From NCBI GenBank assembly GCA_036172245.1, contig JAYWIR010000007.1, positions 1,674,001 through 1,738,000 of the forward strand: 64,000 bases of DNA. Reading direction: 5' to 3'. The notes below the pieces were generated by a model, which ran no database searches, was not told the DNA's origin, and saw only the letters and a program-made list of their open reading frames with translations. Positions 1-13,211 of this stretch are shown piece after piece. This DNA comes from Raillietiella orientalis. Lineage: Eukaryota. Each line of letters starts with the position of its first letter. Position 1 is the stretch's first letter. A program made the translations under genes and the position numbers.

Positions 1-879
1 TTGGGAAGAAAAACGGCAGGAACAACAACGACGGGAAGTCCGAATGTCCCTGCTACCCCCGGATCGAGATGTGCGCGCTGGATCTCGGGTTGGAGGGAGA
101 GAGGGAAGGAAGGAGCTAACCGACCGGACGAGGAAAGCGAGAGGGACCGTCGCCGGGACCCGCCGACAGGAAGCGACCGCGGTCGGGAACGCCTCCTGCA
201 CTCGCGCGCGTCTCCAGAGTCGCCCCGGAACCCTGGGCCGCGGGTCGAACATCTATTCCTCCTCCTCCGCGGTGCCGACGGCTCTTCTCTCTTCCTCCTC
301 TTCGCCAGATCGCGCGCGGTGCCGCGAGACAACGCCGGTGGTGCGTTCTGCACCCGTCCGGCGCTCAGGAACGATGGCTGCCGACGCGCGCACCACGCCC
401 TCTTCACCATGTGAAACCACGACGACGACTCGTCCCCCTACTCGGTGGCGCTGTCGTCGCGCAGCGCGTCTGCAACCCCTCGGCTGGACGCGACGCAGGT
501 ATCGGCGGCGGAGGGAGGACGTCGAAGGAGGCCACCGCAGCAGCTGCGCGGCAGCGGTGCTGACGATGGATGACGCCTGCCGATCACCTTCTAGTCGTTC
601 TCCTCCTCCTCGCCTTCCGTCTCCGCGCCCCTTTCGCGCGACTCGCCAGCGGACCGACCGTTTCGTTCCCCTCCCTTCCTCCCTCCTACCCCCGGCCACC
701 GCCCGACGAACCGGTACGACAGATCGAAGGGGTGGACCAGGATGAAAGGGGACGAAGGGGGGAGAACGCGCATGCCCCTGCGCGGGACCTCGACTCCGTT
801 AATGATCCTCCCTCTTTTCCTCTGGTGCGACCCCCGGTCATCCTTCCGTTCCAGAATCTGCCTCAGAGCTCTGACTGTC

Positions 880-1590
880 GCCTGTCGCTCGTGGGGATGG
901 AGAGTCAGTTGATGGAGCATCGGTCCGGTGCATCACGGCCTAGAATGAGTGGCGGCCGGAGGCAGTTGCGACCAGGGCTGCCATCCTGCAAAACGCGCAC
1001 AGAGGAACTTCGCTCCTTGAGGTGTCTTGCAAGCCTTCCACTGGGAGGTGTCTGTCTCGAACTGGTCCCGTCTGGCCGCCTCACGCCTTGCCGCAGCTCT
1101 TCTTGCCCCAAGGGCAAGGAACGGAAGCTGTCCATCCTCAAGGGGGGGAGAGGTCCTCCTCGACACTGAGAGAGAGACTAAACTCCCAGGCGGTTGCAAG
1201 ACGAACGAGCTGCCGGACGTTGTCGTGGACCAAGGGACTCCTTCGGTGGAAGGTAAATCCTTGGTGGCCCCTCTTAAGAATTTGAGGTTCGTCCCCTGCG
1301 TCTGCATGCTTCGGTGCTGTCCATCAGGTAGAAACGTCGAGGTGGAGCGGGGTTTCCGGCCTGGAGTTTCCAGAGCAACCGGCTCCGAGACCTCGCTCCC
1401 GAGCCGCCCGAGGAGCGGCACTCGTTCGAGTGGTACCCTCCTCACCCGTTTCTTGCGCTGCGGTGCCCTCCAGGAACTGCGGCGGGGAGCGACTTCGGAG
1501 CTGCTGCACGCAGTGGACGCCACCAGCAAGCTTGCTGCCACGGCAACAGCCCGCCACGTGCTGAAGTCTCGGGAGCAGCGGAGGTAGGTT
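880..1590 (+). mobile_element. Degenerate LINE ORF2 C-terminal fragment (same family)
   Basis: Shares sequence with the 4960-5786 copy (AAGGGACTCCTTCGGTGG; CGALQELRR; ARHVLKSR). It is frameshifted and truncated by an opposite-strand copy at ~1592. Confidence 0.7.
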
Positions 1591-1591
1591 T

Positions 1592-2330
1592 GTTACCTGG
1601 TCACGCCGGGATGTTTATTTTATATTAAAAAAGTGGACCAGTTGGGAAACGCTGGTTCCCAGTAGACGACAAGCAAAAAAAAAAATAAGGAAGAAGGTCC
1701 ACTGGAACGCAGGCCGTGTTCATGGGGAGTCCGGAACGGGGGAAGGACAAGAGAACAACAAAAATAAATTAAATTGGGTGGCATGGATCTTTGGATTCTC
1801 TCTGCGCGCACCGGAATGAAAACACAAAACACCGGGAAAGTCGCGGACGAAAATAGATAGAGAACGAAAAATAAAGAAATAAATAAAGGAAGGAAGGGAC
1901 AAGGGCCACCAGCTCTGTATGCCGGCGATCTCCTCTTGAGTCTCTTCTTCCAGGTGAGGCCACCTTGCAGCCGTCCTGATGTAGGTGACTGCCATCGTGG
2001 TGATTTCCAGCACATGTCGGGCCGTGACGATAGGGGCGGATGCAACCCCATGGTTGCGATCACCGCGCCAGTCGAGAGTCCTCCCGGTGCGAAGAACCGT
2101 CGCAGCACATCTCGAGAGGTGTGCTCCTCATTCAGAAGTGCTGCTTCCAGCCTCCGCCACAGTTCCTGGAGGGTGTCGCAGTCTAAAATCAAGGGCGGCG
2201 GGATCAACTCCGTCGACCCGCACCTGGCACAGTTCCGCAGGGGTGGCAACCTCTGCGGAAACCCGGTGCCTCCTGCCTGCCAACCTGTGGCTTCCCGGAG
2301 GCAACCACAGGTTGGCCGCACCTCTGCGCC
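1592..2330 (-). mobile_element. Degenerate LINE 3' end (zf-RVT, 3' UTR, terminal hairpin)
   Basis: RNCARCGSTE...LILDCDTLQELWRRL and IRTAARWPHLEEETQEEIAGIQ match the C-terminus of ORF 5283-5786. AATAAA plus hairpin at 1619-1596. Confidence 0.8.
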
Positions 2331-3499
2331 GATCGGGAAGGGGGAACGAAAGGAGACAAACAGGGAAGCGTGCGAATGGGACAGAACCTCTCCCCGGGAG
2401 GGCGGGTGCCCGTCGGGAGGGATGGCCTGCACGAAGGGGGGAGAGGGTTGCGGACTTAGTTTAGCGGGTTCGGCGCGACGTGCGGCCACTCTTCCCTCTT
2501 CCTCCCATTTCGGAAGTCCTGCCCCGTGTCATCGATCCCGTCTTCCCGGTCCAGTTTGCCTTCCATTAGACGCCTCGTGGATTGCGCGCCTCAGATCGCT
2601 AATGATCGCGGATGCAGCATACGAAATGGTCCAATTTTTCCGCGTCAGTATCTCTCCCCTCCCGATTCCCCGAGCGCTCCCCGAGATTGCCCAGCCTCCT
2701 CTGGTCTCCACGGAACGTCCGAAAAATAAGCCGGAGGAATTGATCCGCGGACTCCACGGAAGGTCCCTCCGCTTTCGTCCGCGCGGAGCGGAATGATCCC
2801 GAAAGGAGGAGGGAGGCTTCCCGGGTCGCTCACGGGCAAATTATCCTGCGGTCCTCCGCTCCTGCTCTCGGGAGGAACGCCGCGCTCGCTGCCAGAAATC
2901 CGGAGGGAATCCGAGCACCAGAGGTCGTTCCATTAATTGTTAACGGGAGGAACGTAAGCGGCGACCCCGCTGGCGTGCCTGGACGCCCCAGCGCTCGCCG
3001 CGTCGAGGGACAGGAAGAAGACGTCCCTCCTTCCGGAGTGATGGATCTGTCGCATCCGATGTGCAGAGCCCGCTCGCGGAGGAGAGGGAGTCACCCGGAT
3101 CCCTCGCTCTCGGGATCGCCACGCGCTGCCGGGAAGCAGAAGGGAGGATAGGGAAGGGGGAGAGGAGCGTCACGAGCTCGAGGGACTCCCGTGCAGGCCG
3201 GTCTTGCCCGCAGACGGACGAGGGGCAGCCGCCGGTTTCATCCCTCCGGTCCGCCTCTCCTGCAGGGAAGCAGGCAGGAAGAGAAAAGCAGGACGGAGCG
3301 CCTCTTCCTCGTCGCCCTCCTCCTGGAACGACTTCACGCTCTGTCGGACTACGGTGCGCCTCCAGGAGTTGCGGAAGGAAGCTCCAAGGGCGTGCGACGA
3401 GCGGTTCTTCCGCGTGCGCTCGCGCGCGCGCGGAAGGCTCTCGTCAGGTGCTGGGGGACCGTCACAGCCCGCTACGTGCTGGAGTCTCGGGCGCAACTA

Positions 3500-3665
3500 T
3501 GCCTCCTTCCTCCCCCTCCCCTGATCCTTCTCCTCCTACCACCACCACCACAACAACTTCCTCTTCCTCCTTCTCTTCCTTCTCCTCCCTTCCTCTTCAT
3601 CACTTCCTTCTCCTCTTCCTCTTCCTTTCTTCCTCCTCCTCCTCATCCCCCTCCTCATACTTTTC
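3500..3665. repeat. Pyrimidine-rich (TCC/TCT)n low-complexity tract
   Basis: Directly visible run of tcc/tct/ctt units. Confidence 0.85.
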
Positions 3666-4499
3666 TTGTTCGGACGCCAAGGATTCGTTTGGGGACACAA
3701 ATGACGCACAGCCTATATCCCTACCGAGCTTGGATCCCAAGGTTCTTTCGGAGACTTGGATTGTCCAGAACGACATTCGTCGTTCTGCCGCGCTTCGTGA
3801 GTGGCGCAGTGGCGACCGCACGCTTCCTGGGACACTACGGTCAAGCGTTCTCCAGGTTGCCAAGGGAACGCGGCGAGCATTTTCTTTACGATAAGGGACC
3901 CCGGACCTGCGACTCTGGACTCGGATTGCTTTCCCACCCCATCGGGACTGAGCTCGTTTCCTGGATCGGACGTTCCGGCGCATCCGGGTACGACTTCCAC
4001 AAGAAGTGGCTCCCAACAGGATGGCTCTGTCGTCCGGAACGCGAAGGAGACTGAAAACGACCCGCGACCATCGATTTCGAGAGGGCTGTCTCCAGCTTGT
4101 TGGGGTCCTGAAAAGGCGAGGTCCCTCAGGAGCTGAAAATTCCAAGAATGCACCATCTCCGTCTGTTAAGTGAAGACAGGGAAAACGCAGGCAGAGACCG
4201 TCCTCACCATCTTCTTTTTCTGTGAATGAAGGGTTGAGGAACTGTTTTTGGAAATCGTTCTCCGCCCACATCTTCGTCAGCTGGCACCAGTTCTTCTTGG
4301 ACTTCTTCGATGTTCCGGGAGTTTCCCTCATCAGAAGAACGTCCCGATCTGCGGGTCCAGTGTGTATCGCGGCCATATTAGATGCTGGGGGCAACCACAG
4401 GAAACGCCTCATGTTGTCGTGAGGAATCCAGTTCTCGCATCACCCCTCCAATTGGCCGATCCTGGGGAGCCAACCGTCTGGCCTCTGACGGTCACCTGA

Positions 4500-5997
4500 A
4501 CCACTAGTGGGAAGGGGGGGGGAGGTAGAAAGGTCTTTGAATGTGATTGCGTTTTTTCCTCACAAGCGCATCGGGGATGCTGCAGGTCTTCATCTGCAGG
4601 CCCTTGCTCGCCTTGGCTTCGTTCAACACACCAAGCAGCGCCCCCCTCACCAGCACACTAGCCAGGACTCCTCCGGTTCTCAGACTGTTGAGGGTCTTTC
4701 TCCTGGCGGGGGCAGCGCCTGCCAGGGGCAGCCCTGGCCTCCTGTGCGGAAAGAACAAGAGGAAGCAAAGAGTCGCTAGGTCGCGTCCTCACCGGTCGCT
4801 CCCGTGACCAGGCGACGGTCACAGAGAGGCATGGCGAGCCGGAGGGGTTGCATATCCAGAAGGTAATCACGAAATGCTGAGCGGCTGACAACCAGATGAG
4901 TCCAGAACCGAACCCCAGCTCGAGAAAGGATGCCTGCCGCCCAACAAACTTTAACGCGTGACAGCAGGAGGAGTTGTCGTCCTGGGCAACGCATCAGGAA
5001 GTGCCACTTTTGGAAATTCGTTGCTCGAACCTTTCTCCATTGCCTCCGGTGGAGGATGTGTTGCAGGACCGGGACCAGTGGACTCGCCTGACCTCCACGC
5101 CCCTTGCCGCAGCGCTGTCCGCCCTCAGGACAAGCGACGACTGTTGCCTACCCACGAGGAGGAACGTCTCCTACAGGCTTGCTGGAGAAATAGGACCATT
5201 TAGCGGCTAGAAGACGAGCGAGCTGGCAGACGCTGCCACTCCTCGTGGTTGTACGAAGGGACTCCTTCGGTGGTGCGAACTCTTGAGTGTGCCCCCTGAA
5301 GAACTTGTGGTCCCTGCTTCATGCGTGGACGCATCTGTGTTCCCCCTCCGATGGAAACAGACCGCGCTTCTTCTGTTGCATTGGGGTTTCCATTGCAATC
5401 TGCGGGCGAATATCGTTTCCAAGGGAGTTGCCTTCCCGAACTGTGGAAGGTGCGGAGCAGCGGAATCACTCCTGCACCTGCTCTTCGACTGCAGTGCCCT
5501 CCAAGGACTGTGGCGGAGGCTGCCTTCAGCGCTCTTGCTCCAGGGGGACACTGCAATGGACGCCATGCGCCGCTTCCTCACGTGCGGAAGCCTCTCGCTA
5601 GGTGCGGCCATCGCAACGATCAATTGCATCCACGCCATCGTCATGGCCCGCCACCTGTTGGAGTCACGAGCGATTCCAAAAGAGATTACCAGGATTGCAG
5701 CGTCCAACATGAGGATGGCTGCCAGGTGGCTTCACATCAGCAAAGAAGTCAGGAAGGAGATCTCCGGCATTCAGCACCGGTTCTGAAAGGATGGAACGAC
5801 CGAAGCCAAAGACTCCTGTCCCTGCCCCTCCGCATCTTTTCGTATTTATTTATTGTTCCTCCCCTCCCGTTCCCGACTCAGTGTGTCAAACCCGCGTGTC
5901 GGGAAGCCCTCTACTTGAACTTCTCTTCCCTTTGCCTGGGAACTTGTTCCCAGATGGTTTGTTCTTTTGTAGAATAAATGTCCCGGCGCAACCGGGT
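4500..5997 (+). mobile_element. L1/Tx1-like non-LTR retrotransposon 3' part: RT remnant, zf-RVT domain, 3' UTR
   Basis: RT-like remnants LQALARLGF and ..QGQP near 4590-4740. ORF 5283-5786 has LLLHWGFHCN...NCGRCGAAESLLHLLFDC, the zf-RVT C-x2-C...H-x4-C pattern of L1-clade ORF2. A pyrimidine-rich 3' UTR ends in AATAAA plus a hairpin at 5973-5996. Confidence 0.8.
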
Positions 5998-6099
5998 GAG
6001 AAAGGAGCATTTCTCCAGGAATGAGGGGAGGGAGCTATTCGGACGTCCCTTCCCTGGCGGGTGCCTTCTAGCCTCGCTGCGGGACCTGGAAAGGACAAA

Positions 6100-7420
6100 G
6101 CAGGAGGAGAACAGGTGCGCAGGGTCGGCTGGCCTTGACTCCTCCTCCAAAGAAGGTCCCTCTGCCGGGCAAACGCTGCAGGCAATCTGGGATCCAAGAA
6201 GCGTGGAAGGAGCTGGAGATTCCCCAGAAGCAGGCGTAGCACACCGTAAACGCGATGGAGCTCAGCTCGAACGTGCAGCGTTTCCAGAATGTCTGCCTTG
6301 GGGTTCACCACCCGCCATGGAGAAACCTCGGAAAACCGCAGGAGTCAAGAGGACACAGCAGCATATACGCTTATGACCCTTCTCCTCCCATTATTGTACG
6401 TACAGAAATTTGAATGGAAATACTTAAGGTGCCGGCCAGAAGACGGTCCAAACGACAGACCTACTTGGTCCAGCAGCCAAAGGATGAAGATCATCCTGAT
6501 GACCCGCGCAATGCTGAAAACAAGGACTTAGCCAGCTGCAAAGGGAAAAAACAAAAACAAAAAAAAACAGAGCAGAGCGAAAGTCTGCGGGTTCGAACTG
6601 CGGGCGCGAACTCACCGGGCTCTCACCCCTCGACTCTTGAACACGGCCGCGGAACATCCGCTCGCTAAAAGACTCAGCTGGCCCCGCATCGGGATGCAGG
6701 ACTCAGCATGTCTGACGCTGGAGGAACCGGAAAAGCAGTCCGCTTCTTCAGGCTGTCGCGGATGAACCATCAGTGTTGCTGGCGCTGGTGTCTCCTCTCC
6801 CCCCCCGCCTGCACGGAACCTCCTTGGGCGCGCGCGGCTAGCTGCAAGGGAGCAGCAGCAGCTCTCGTCTCCTTCGAACCAGGTTGAAGGGCTTAGTCTC
6901 CCTGCCAGGGGAGCGCGCGTGGATCCCCTTCCGGCCACTGAACTGCAAGGCCTGGGGGCAGGAAGGCGTGGACGCATGTCCGCGGATCAGGTCGGAGCTG
7001 CCCCGTCCTCTTGCCGCGCCTAGGTGAGACGAGACCCCAAGAAGGGGGCACGCGCCACCGCCACCCTCCTAGCCGCCGCGGCGCTGTCGCCCTCCCTATA
7101 ACGACAACCGGCTAGGTGGGGGCTGGCCTGACGCGTGCCAGGGGCCATCAAAGCAGTCAGCGCCCGGTCGACCCGAGGACCTGCGGACGCCACGGAGCCA
7201 AGTGTTCGGACCTAGTCCGGAATCCCGAAGGATCCCAAAAGGTAAACACGAGCGCCCATTCCACATAGGTTACTATACACAGTTATTCACATGTATTTAT
7301 TAAAATACGTGTAATCGACAGTAATCTTACTGGAGCAGACAAATTAATGAGGATTCGGAAACCTGCATTTCGTTGATCAAATTAATAAATTGTTGGTTAT
7401 GTTGTTGATACATATATATA
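6100..7420 (-). mobile_element. Probable 5' end and ORF1 remnant of a retroelement abutting a TA-rich block
   Basis: The terminal ~200 nt are an inverted, diverged copy of 8225-8450. Downstream on the minus strand are a GC-rich UTR-like region and an ORF1-like remnant (VNPKADILETL...YG). The 5'-end assignment is inferred. Confidence 0.45.
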
Positions 7421-8240
7421 TGAATATTACAATATATTACTAATATATTAATATTACAATATATATATATCGTAATATTAATATATACTAAATTTCTTCT
7501 TCTGATGATAAAAATTCGTTCTACCGTTCAATGCTTTGGTTTCTTTTATTCAATTATCCAAAATTAATTTTCTTTTGATTTCGACTACCCATCGCGATGC
7601 AATCATTCTATAAAGGCAACAACATGGTTAAAATTTTGCAAAGGTATCGAACGTGCACTACACATACATACACACATATATGCATGCATATGTTTATCAA
7701 CCTATCTATTTATATATATAGAAATATGTATAAATACATGCGTATACATCTATATATACATGCGTATGTAGAAATATATACATTGCATATTTCTATACAT
7801 ATATTTGTACACATACGTATATACATATCAATATCTATATAGAATATAAATACATATATATGAATATAGACATGTACACAGACATACAGGCAGACCGACA
7901 CATACACATATATCAATATTTATAGAAAATATAAATGTATATATGTATGAATATAAATATGTAGACACACACAGATATACGTATACATACATACTTATAC
8001 AAACATAAGATTAAAAATATAAATATGTATGCTTATTATATACATCAGTATTTATAGTTTATATACATACATATATATGTATGTATGTATAAATATATAG
8101 AGAGAAATGTAGATACAGATTCACACACACACATATATACATATTTATATTCATATATACATATATATTATCTATGAATATCTACGTATATAGTCAGCAT
8201 ATGCATGTATTTTTTACTATCTTTAATATATATATCAACC
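7400..8240. repeat. AT-rich degenerate (TA)n/(TACA)n microsatellite block
   Basis: Continuous tatata/tacata/cacaca degenerate repeats. Confidence 0.9.
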
Positions 8241-8780
8241 ATATAATCAACAGCTTATCAACTGTATTAATAAAACGCATGTCAGTGAATCTTAATAAAT
8301 ATGTGTGTTCTGGTAATGTTACTGTTAATAATGTGTGTGCAATGAGAGACGAATAACTACGTTTATCAAGATGGATTTGTGGAGGAATCCATGCGGGATG
8401 AGCGCGAGCGTTTATTTTTGATGGCCGTCCGCGGGATTTCGATAGGCACCTCGGTGTTCGCGCCCCACGGACCGATCCAGAGGGCGGGCACTCTTAGCGC
8501 CCCCTTGGACGACCAAGCGGAGGTCCCCACCATTTTCCTAGGAGGCACAGTGTTGATCCCTCCGATGGCAACACGAGGGAGACACCTGCCTTACAGCGGT
8601 GTCCTTCGTGCAACCAGCGCTGGCGCCACTGTCTCCCTGCGTTACCCGGGGCGCTCGTTTCCCACGCAAAGCAGGGAGGACATCCGAGGCCTCGAGAGTT
8701 CGGGTAGGGAACCTCCGGTTCGCAGGTGGGCGCTCACGAAAGAACGGGGAAGGTCAGGGGAGGGGGGGCAGTAGGTAAAT
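8225..8780 (+). mobile_element. Second copy of the same putative element 5' end, in opposite orientation
   Basis: 8248-8331 aligns without gaps to the reverse complement of 7312-7395 at roughly two-thirds identity by eye. Similarity resumes at ~8391-8446 versus ~7266-7211. Confidence 0.5.
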
Positions 8781-9899
8781 AAGGGATATGGGGAAAGGGA
8801 TCAGCAGTCACACCCTCCGCGTCTTCCGCAGCCTCCTTCCCCGCGATGCAGGCGGCGCCCTCCTCAGTTCCTCGTTCCAGATGAGGCGTTTCCCGGAGGC
8901 ACTGAGGAGAGGCCGTCTTCTCTTCTTGATTGCGTGTCTTCCAACCGCACGGAGGGAGCTTTGACACCACTGGACGTGGGAGGGGAAGAGGAAGGGGAGG
9001 GGGAGGACGCCCCCGCACCGCTGCAAGGTGCGAGGGTGGCCGAACGGATTCCGGACTGTGAGTTCCTCCTCCTCCGTGGAGGAGGAAGAGGGGGAGGAGG
9101 ACGACGACGGTAACAGCTCATCTCTTCAGCATCCTTCGAATCATGAGGACGCTCCTCGGAGGCTGACTGTTCTACACGCCGCAGGGACTGTCCACCGGTG
9201 ACTCGGGAAGCAGGCGCGAATCTCCACCCAGTAGGGCAGCGGCAGCATCGCAGGACGGCCATCCACCCGTCCCGTGCGTAAAGGAGGGGGGAGGGAACCG
9301 GCAAGATGACCGCATCCCCGACCGGAAACCAAGGAGGGCAGCGCCTGCATCGTTGGGAGGCTCCCTAAGGGAGGCTCCTTGCAAGAAGGGCACAGAACGG
9401 ACGATCCGCTGGTGACTTCCTCCTCCCCGAATCGCTCTGCAACCAGGCCGGTGTCGAGTGGTCCTTTCTTTCATTGTTAATGTACTTCCATTTATTAATG
9501 TACTTTGTACAAGCTGACTTGACGATGTTTTGTTCTCTCCTCCTCCCTCCTCCTACGCTCTCATGCCTATTTTCTCCCTGCACAGTGTCGACATGCACGA
9601 GTCGACGTATTCCCCGTATACTTTGTACGAATCTGTATACCCCACGGCCCTTCTTCCTCCTATTCACCTGTGCACGCGAGCGAACGCGGCTGAGCTCAAG
9701 CAACGACGAAGCTGCGCACCCCGAGGCAAAGTCCCCGCGCGGCACCGTCTCTTTCGCCTACGAACCGGTTCCGGGGTGCGGCTGCCGCCACGATCATCCA
9801 CCAGTGGGGAGACCGAAACTTCCCCGGAGGCGTCGCTGGCGAGACGACAGGAGTGCCCCGGCTCGGCTCGACGGAGGAAACGGCTAGGAGGAAGGCGTG

Positions 9900-10760
9900 C
9901 CGTTTCTCCACACCTGCGCCGGATGAGAGACGTCTCTGGGAGCGGAGAGGGGATGAAGCTGCTCTTCCGTGCGCCAGCGCGGTCCGCGACCTGGGGCAGG
10001 GCCCACGGAAGCTCAGCGTCTGGCAACGAGGGAGACGCGGGCGCAGGGGTGCCAAGTCCGCGATGGGGACGAAGAATGAGGCCCCGGGAAAAGGAAACCA
10101 CGCACGCGTGCGCTACTCGGGGATGCTGCTTGGAGATGGATCGTCGCCCAGCGGAGAGTTGGGGGCCGGCCGGACCTGATAGGCTGCCTACAGACAGCCG
10201 GAGCGGCGGAGGGAGACGGGAGCGCCTCTATCTGCTTGGGTGGAGGTCGCGGGGAAGAATTCCAGACGCACCGAATCCCGGACGCGGGAAGAGGGTTCCA
10301 CAAAGTTCCGCGCATCCAGAGGATTTCCAAGGACGAGAGGAAAAGTGGGCATCGAGCACAGCATCCTCACGCGCGTGCCCGTAACTTTGGAGCACACCTG
10401 CTCCCACCGCCCTGTTCGGCCGAACTTTGCTCGCCATAGCCGTTGTTGTCCTGTCTGCCCCGAATGACGTCAGAGCCGTTCGTCCGATACATCGATGCTA
10501 GCCGACCTCCAAATTCTGGCCCTCTGCTTCTGGAACGCGTTCAAGGAGCATCTTCTCTCGCATGGTCTGGGCTCGAAGACCCAGAAGATGTGCAAGCGAG
10601 CCGACAACCCCAGGAACGCTACGAAGTGACTCTTTGCCTGCGGTGGAGATCGCAGCTTCCTTCTTGGGAAGACGAGGAGCAACACTTAGGATCTGAGAAA
10701 GAGGAGATTGGCAGCATCCTGCACGGGAGAGAGGGAACGCCCAGGATTCTGTCCGTGATA
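9900..10760 (+). mobile_element. Degenerate LINE ORF2 fragment, start of the RT domain
   Basis: Around 10460-10550 frameshifted reads give NDVRAVRPI..ADLQILAL, resembling the L1-clade YRPISLLNxDYKILAK motif. Confidence 0.5.
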
Positions 10761-12360
10761 TCTTCACGGATTCTCCATTTTTTTGAAAATTTTTTTTCTT
10801 TCCCTAGCTTTCTGAAGAGGACCCCGCTGGGCAGCCTGGTAGTCATCACCAACTCCTCCAGGATTCCTTGAACTGAAAAGGGACTTGGAATTTCATTCTG
10901 GATCGCATCTTTGTCCTCTGCCGGCTGTTTGTTTGCAAATTATTATCTTTTTTTCTTTTTGCAGTAAACGCCCCCGGCGCCATCAGATGCGAATAGACCC
11001 AAAACACAAAATGGCTGGGGACATCGGAAGACCGTTTCTCAGGCCTTTCGCATCCACGTTCCCGGAGTGAGAGAGTCCATGCTTGAGTCCCGTGTCCCGA
11101 AAAAGCCGACTGAAACCACTCTCCTGTAATTTGCTGCTCCACTCCCGTCTGAGGTCCACTCCGTGTAGGCCCACACAAAGCAAGACTGACGACCGTTTTT
11201 TCCCCCACTTGGGCGCGATGTCTTCATGGTGTGGAACTTTCCGTTTCCTTTCGGATCGGGTTGCCGCACGTATGTGCGTGGGTGCGTGTGTGGATGTGTG
11301 GATACATACATATGGACGCATCCAACATCAGGAAAAGCTCTAGTCATCATGGCAGACCGTGCATCCCAACCCCAGAAGCCCCATAAGCCCATTGTTCGAT
11401 CCCCATTGTTCGGGTCCAACCGACCTGGTAGGACTTTTGCTCTTTGCGGATGTTCTGAGTGGCTCTTCCGAGGAGGAAAACATACCCATTAGGGATAATT
11501 GAACACTGTGAATTCGCCGATCGATCGAAAAGCTGGAGGAAGGGCAGACGGAACGGGACGCGGGTAGGAGAACGACACGCTGGACGCGTGGTGCCTAGCC
11601 GCTCTGGCTCCGAGTGGCTCTCGGGGAAGGTTGAAGACTGTTCTGCATTGCAGCGGCCTCGTACTAGACCTGCAGCCACGAGGCGGGGAGGCTGCTGCGC
11701 GCTTCCGCGGTCGGCGCAGGGATGCATGCGCGACGCTTCCCAGTCGTTTCTTTCGCGGCAAGCTGGAACTGCGCGAGCGTCCTGCACAGCAAGCGTTAGG
11801 CAACCACCAGCCCGGTTCCTTGTTGTCGTCATATGTCGTCGAAGTCGTCGCCGGTACGGAATGTGGCAGGGGAGAGCAGGCAGTCACTCCCAATTACGTT
11901 GCCTTGGCCTACGTTACCAAGGAGCGTCTTCATAAACTCAGAAAGTCTTGAAAGAGCATTCTGTACCGCTCCACGAAGTTCGAGGGCAACCGGCGTTAAA
12001 CCTTGACCCTTTCCTTCTCACTTTCTAGTTCGCAGTGCGAGAGGAATTGGGTTGATCCTCTTCGTCCACGAAAACTTCATGGATGAATCCCCGAATCACG
12101 TGTCCTCCTTTGCTTACGTCTTGGCAATCCTTTAGGAAACTTTCGACACCTAAAGTGACGAAAGTAACTACACCGATGCAAAAAATAACATCCAGGCTAT
12201 TTGTGAGCCACTGATTCAGCCTCAGCCGGAGGGGTGCATCTGGAGGAGATGAGTTTCCGGTCTCCTGGCGCTCCCCTACCCGAGCCGACCATCCAGTTTG
12301 GATACTTCGATCTTACCGGACGACTTCGGAGGATGCTAGCTCATCCCATTTTGCCATGGA

Positions 12361-12520
12361 TGAGTGGATGGTCAACTTAATGTGGGTTCCAAATTATCGT
12401 ACTTCATTAAATGCAGTTAAGTTCAATTATTTGTACTGTACCAGGTGTAACCAATATGCCATTTTCGTCATCAGAATGAGACTTTAATAACCATGGTTTA
12501 ACCCAACAAAGAGGATGCTG
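12361..12520 (+). repeat. ~150 bp interspersed repeat, copy 1 (copy 2 at 15711-15850)
   Basis: Shared blocks ATGGT(C/T)AACTTAATGT, AAGTTCAATT, TGTAACCAATA(T/C)GCCATTT, GTCATCAGAA(T/C)GAGACTTTAA, GTTTAACC. Confidence 0.8.
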
Positions 12521-13211
12521 GGAACGTATTCAGACTGAATACCTTCCTTCTTTACCGATACGGGCAGTTCTGTAAAGCAGGGGAGGGCGACCAAAAATCA
12601 GCCCTTCTGTCCTTTTCACATCCTCCCCCTTGTTTCCTCGTAGCTGGCGTCTCGCGAAAATGCCAGTCCCTCCGCGCTCGGGATGCATTTAAGAATGGAA
12701 GAGGGGAAAACGAGTAAGATGAGAGTACTCAGCCTCTTTTTGTAGCCACAGAAAAGAAGCATCCCATTAGGAGCCGAAGTAATGTTTGAAAAAAGCACTG
12801 TTCTCCCCTTCTGCTTTCGCTGTTTTCCTCCTAGCATTTTTTTTCCCGAGTTTGCTGTTTTGTTTTGGTTGCTAAGTGCTCAAGAGAACCGTTCGCCTCA
12901 TTGGGGAGGGAGGAGGGGGATGCTCGCAAAGCTCTTTGACGCTGTCCACACCAGCGAGGGTGCGTGTTAAGATAGCCCTCTTCAAGTTAGAGGGCTATCT
13001 CGGAGGGACCACCCTATGAATCCAGGAAGGCTCCGGAGGAAGGAGTCCTTTCCTCTCTTACGCTTGGTAGGGAACCTTTGTCCTGAAATGAGCGGGTTCG
13101 AATCCTCCCATTGAGGAGCGACGCCGAGAACGGGGGATGCGTCATGGGTTTTCGAGTTTTCTGCCGTGAGAGATGATGCTGGCTGGCCTATTCGGGTGTG
13201 CCACTGACGAA

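Noticed and set aside
7597..7916. Ile/Tyr/His-rich ORFs here and at 41599-42036
   Set aside because: They are translations of TA/CA microsatellites.
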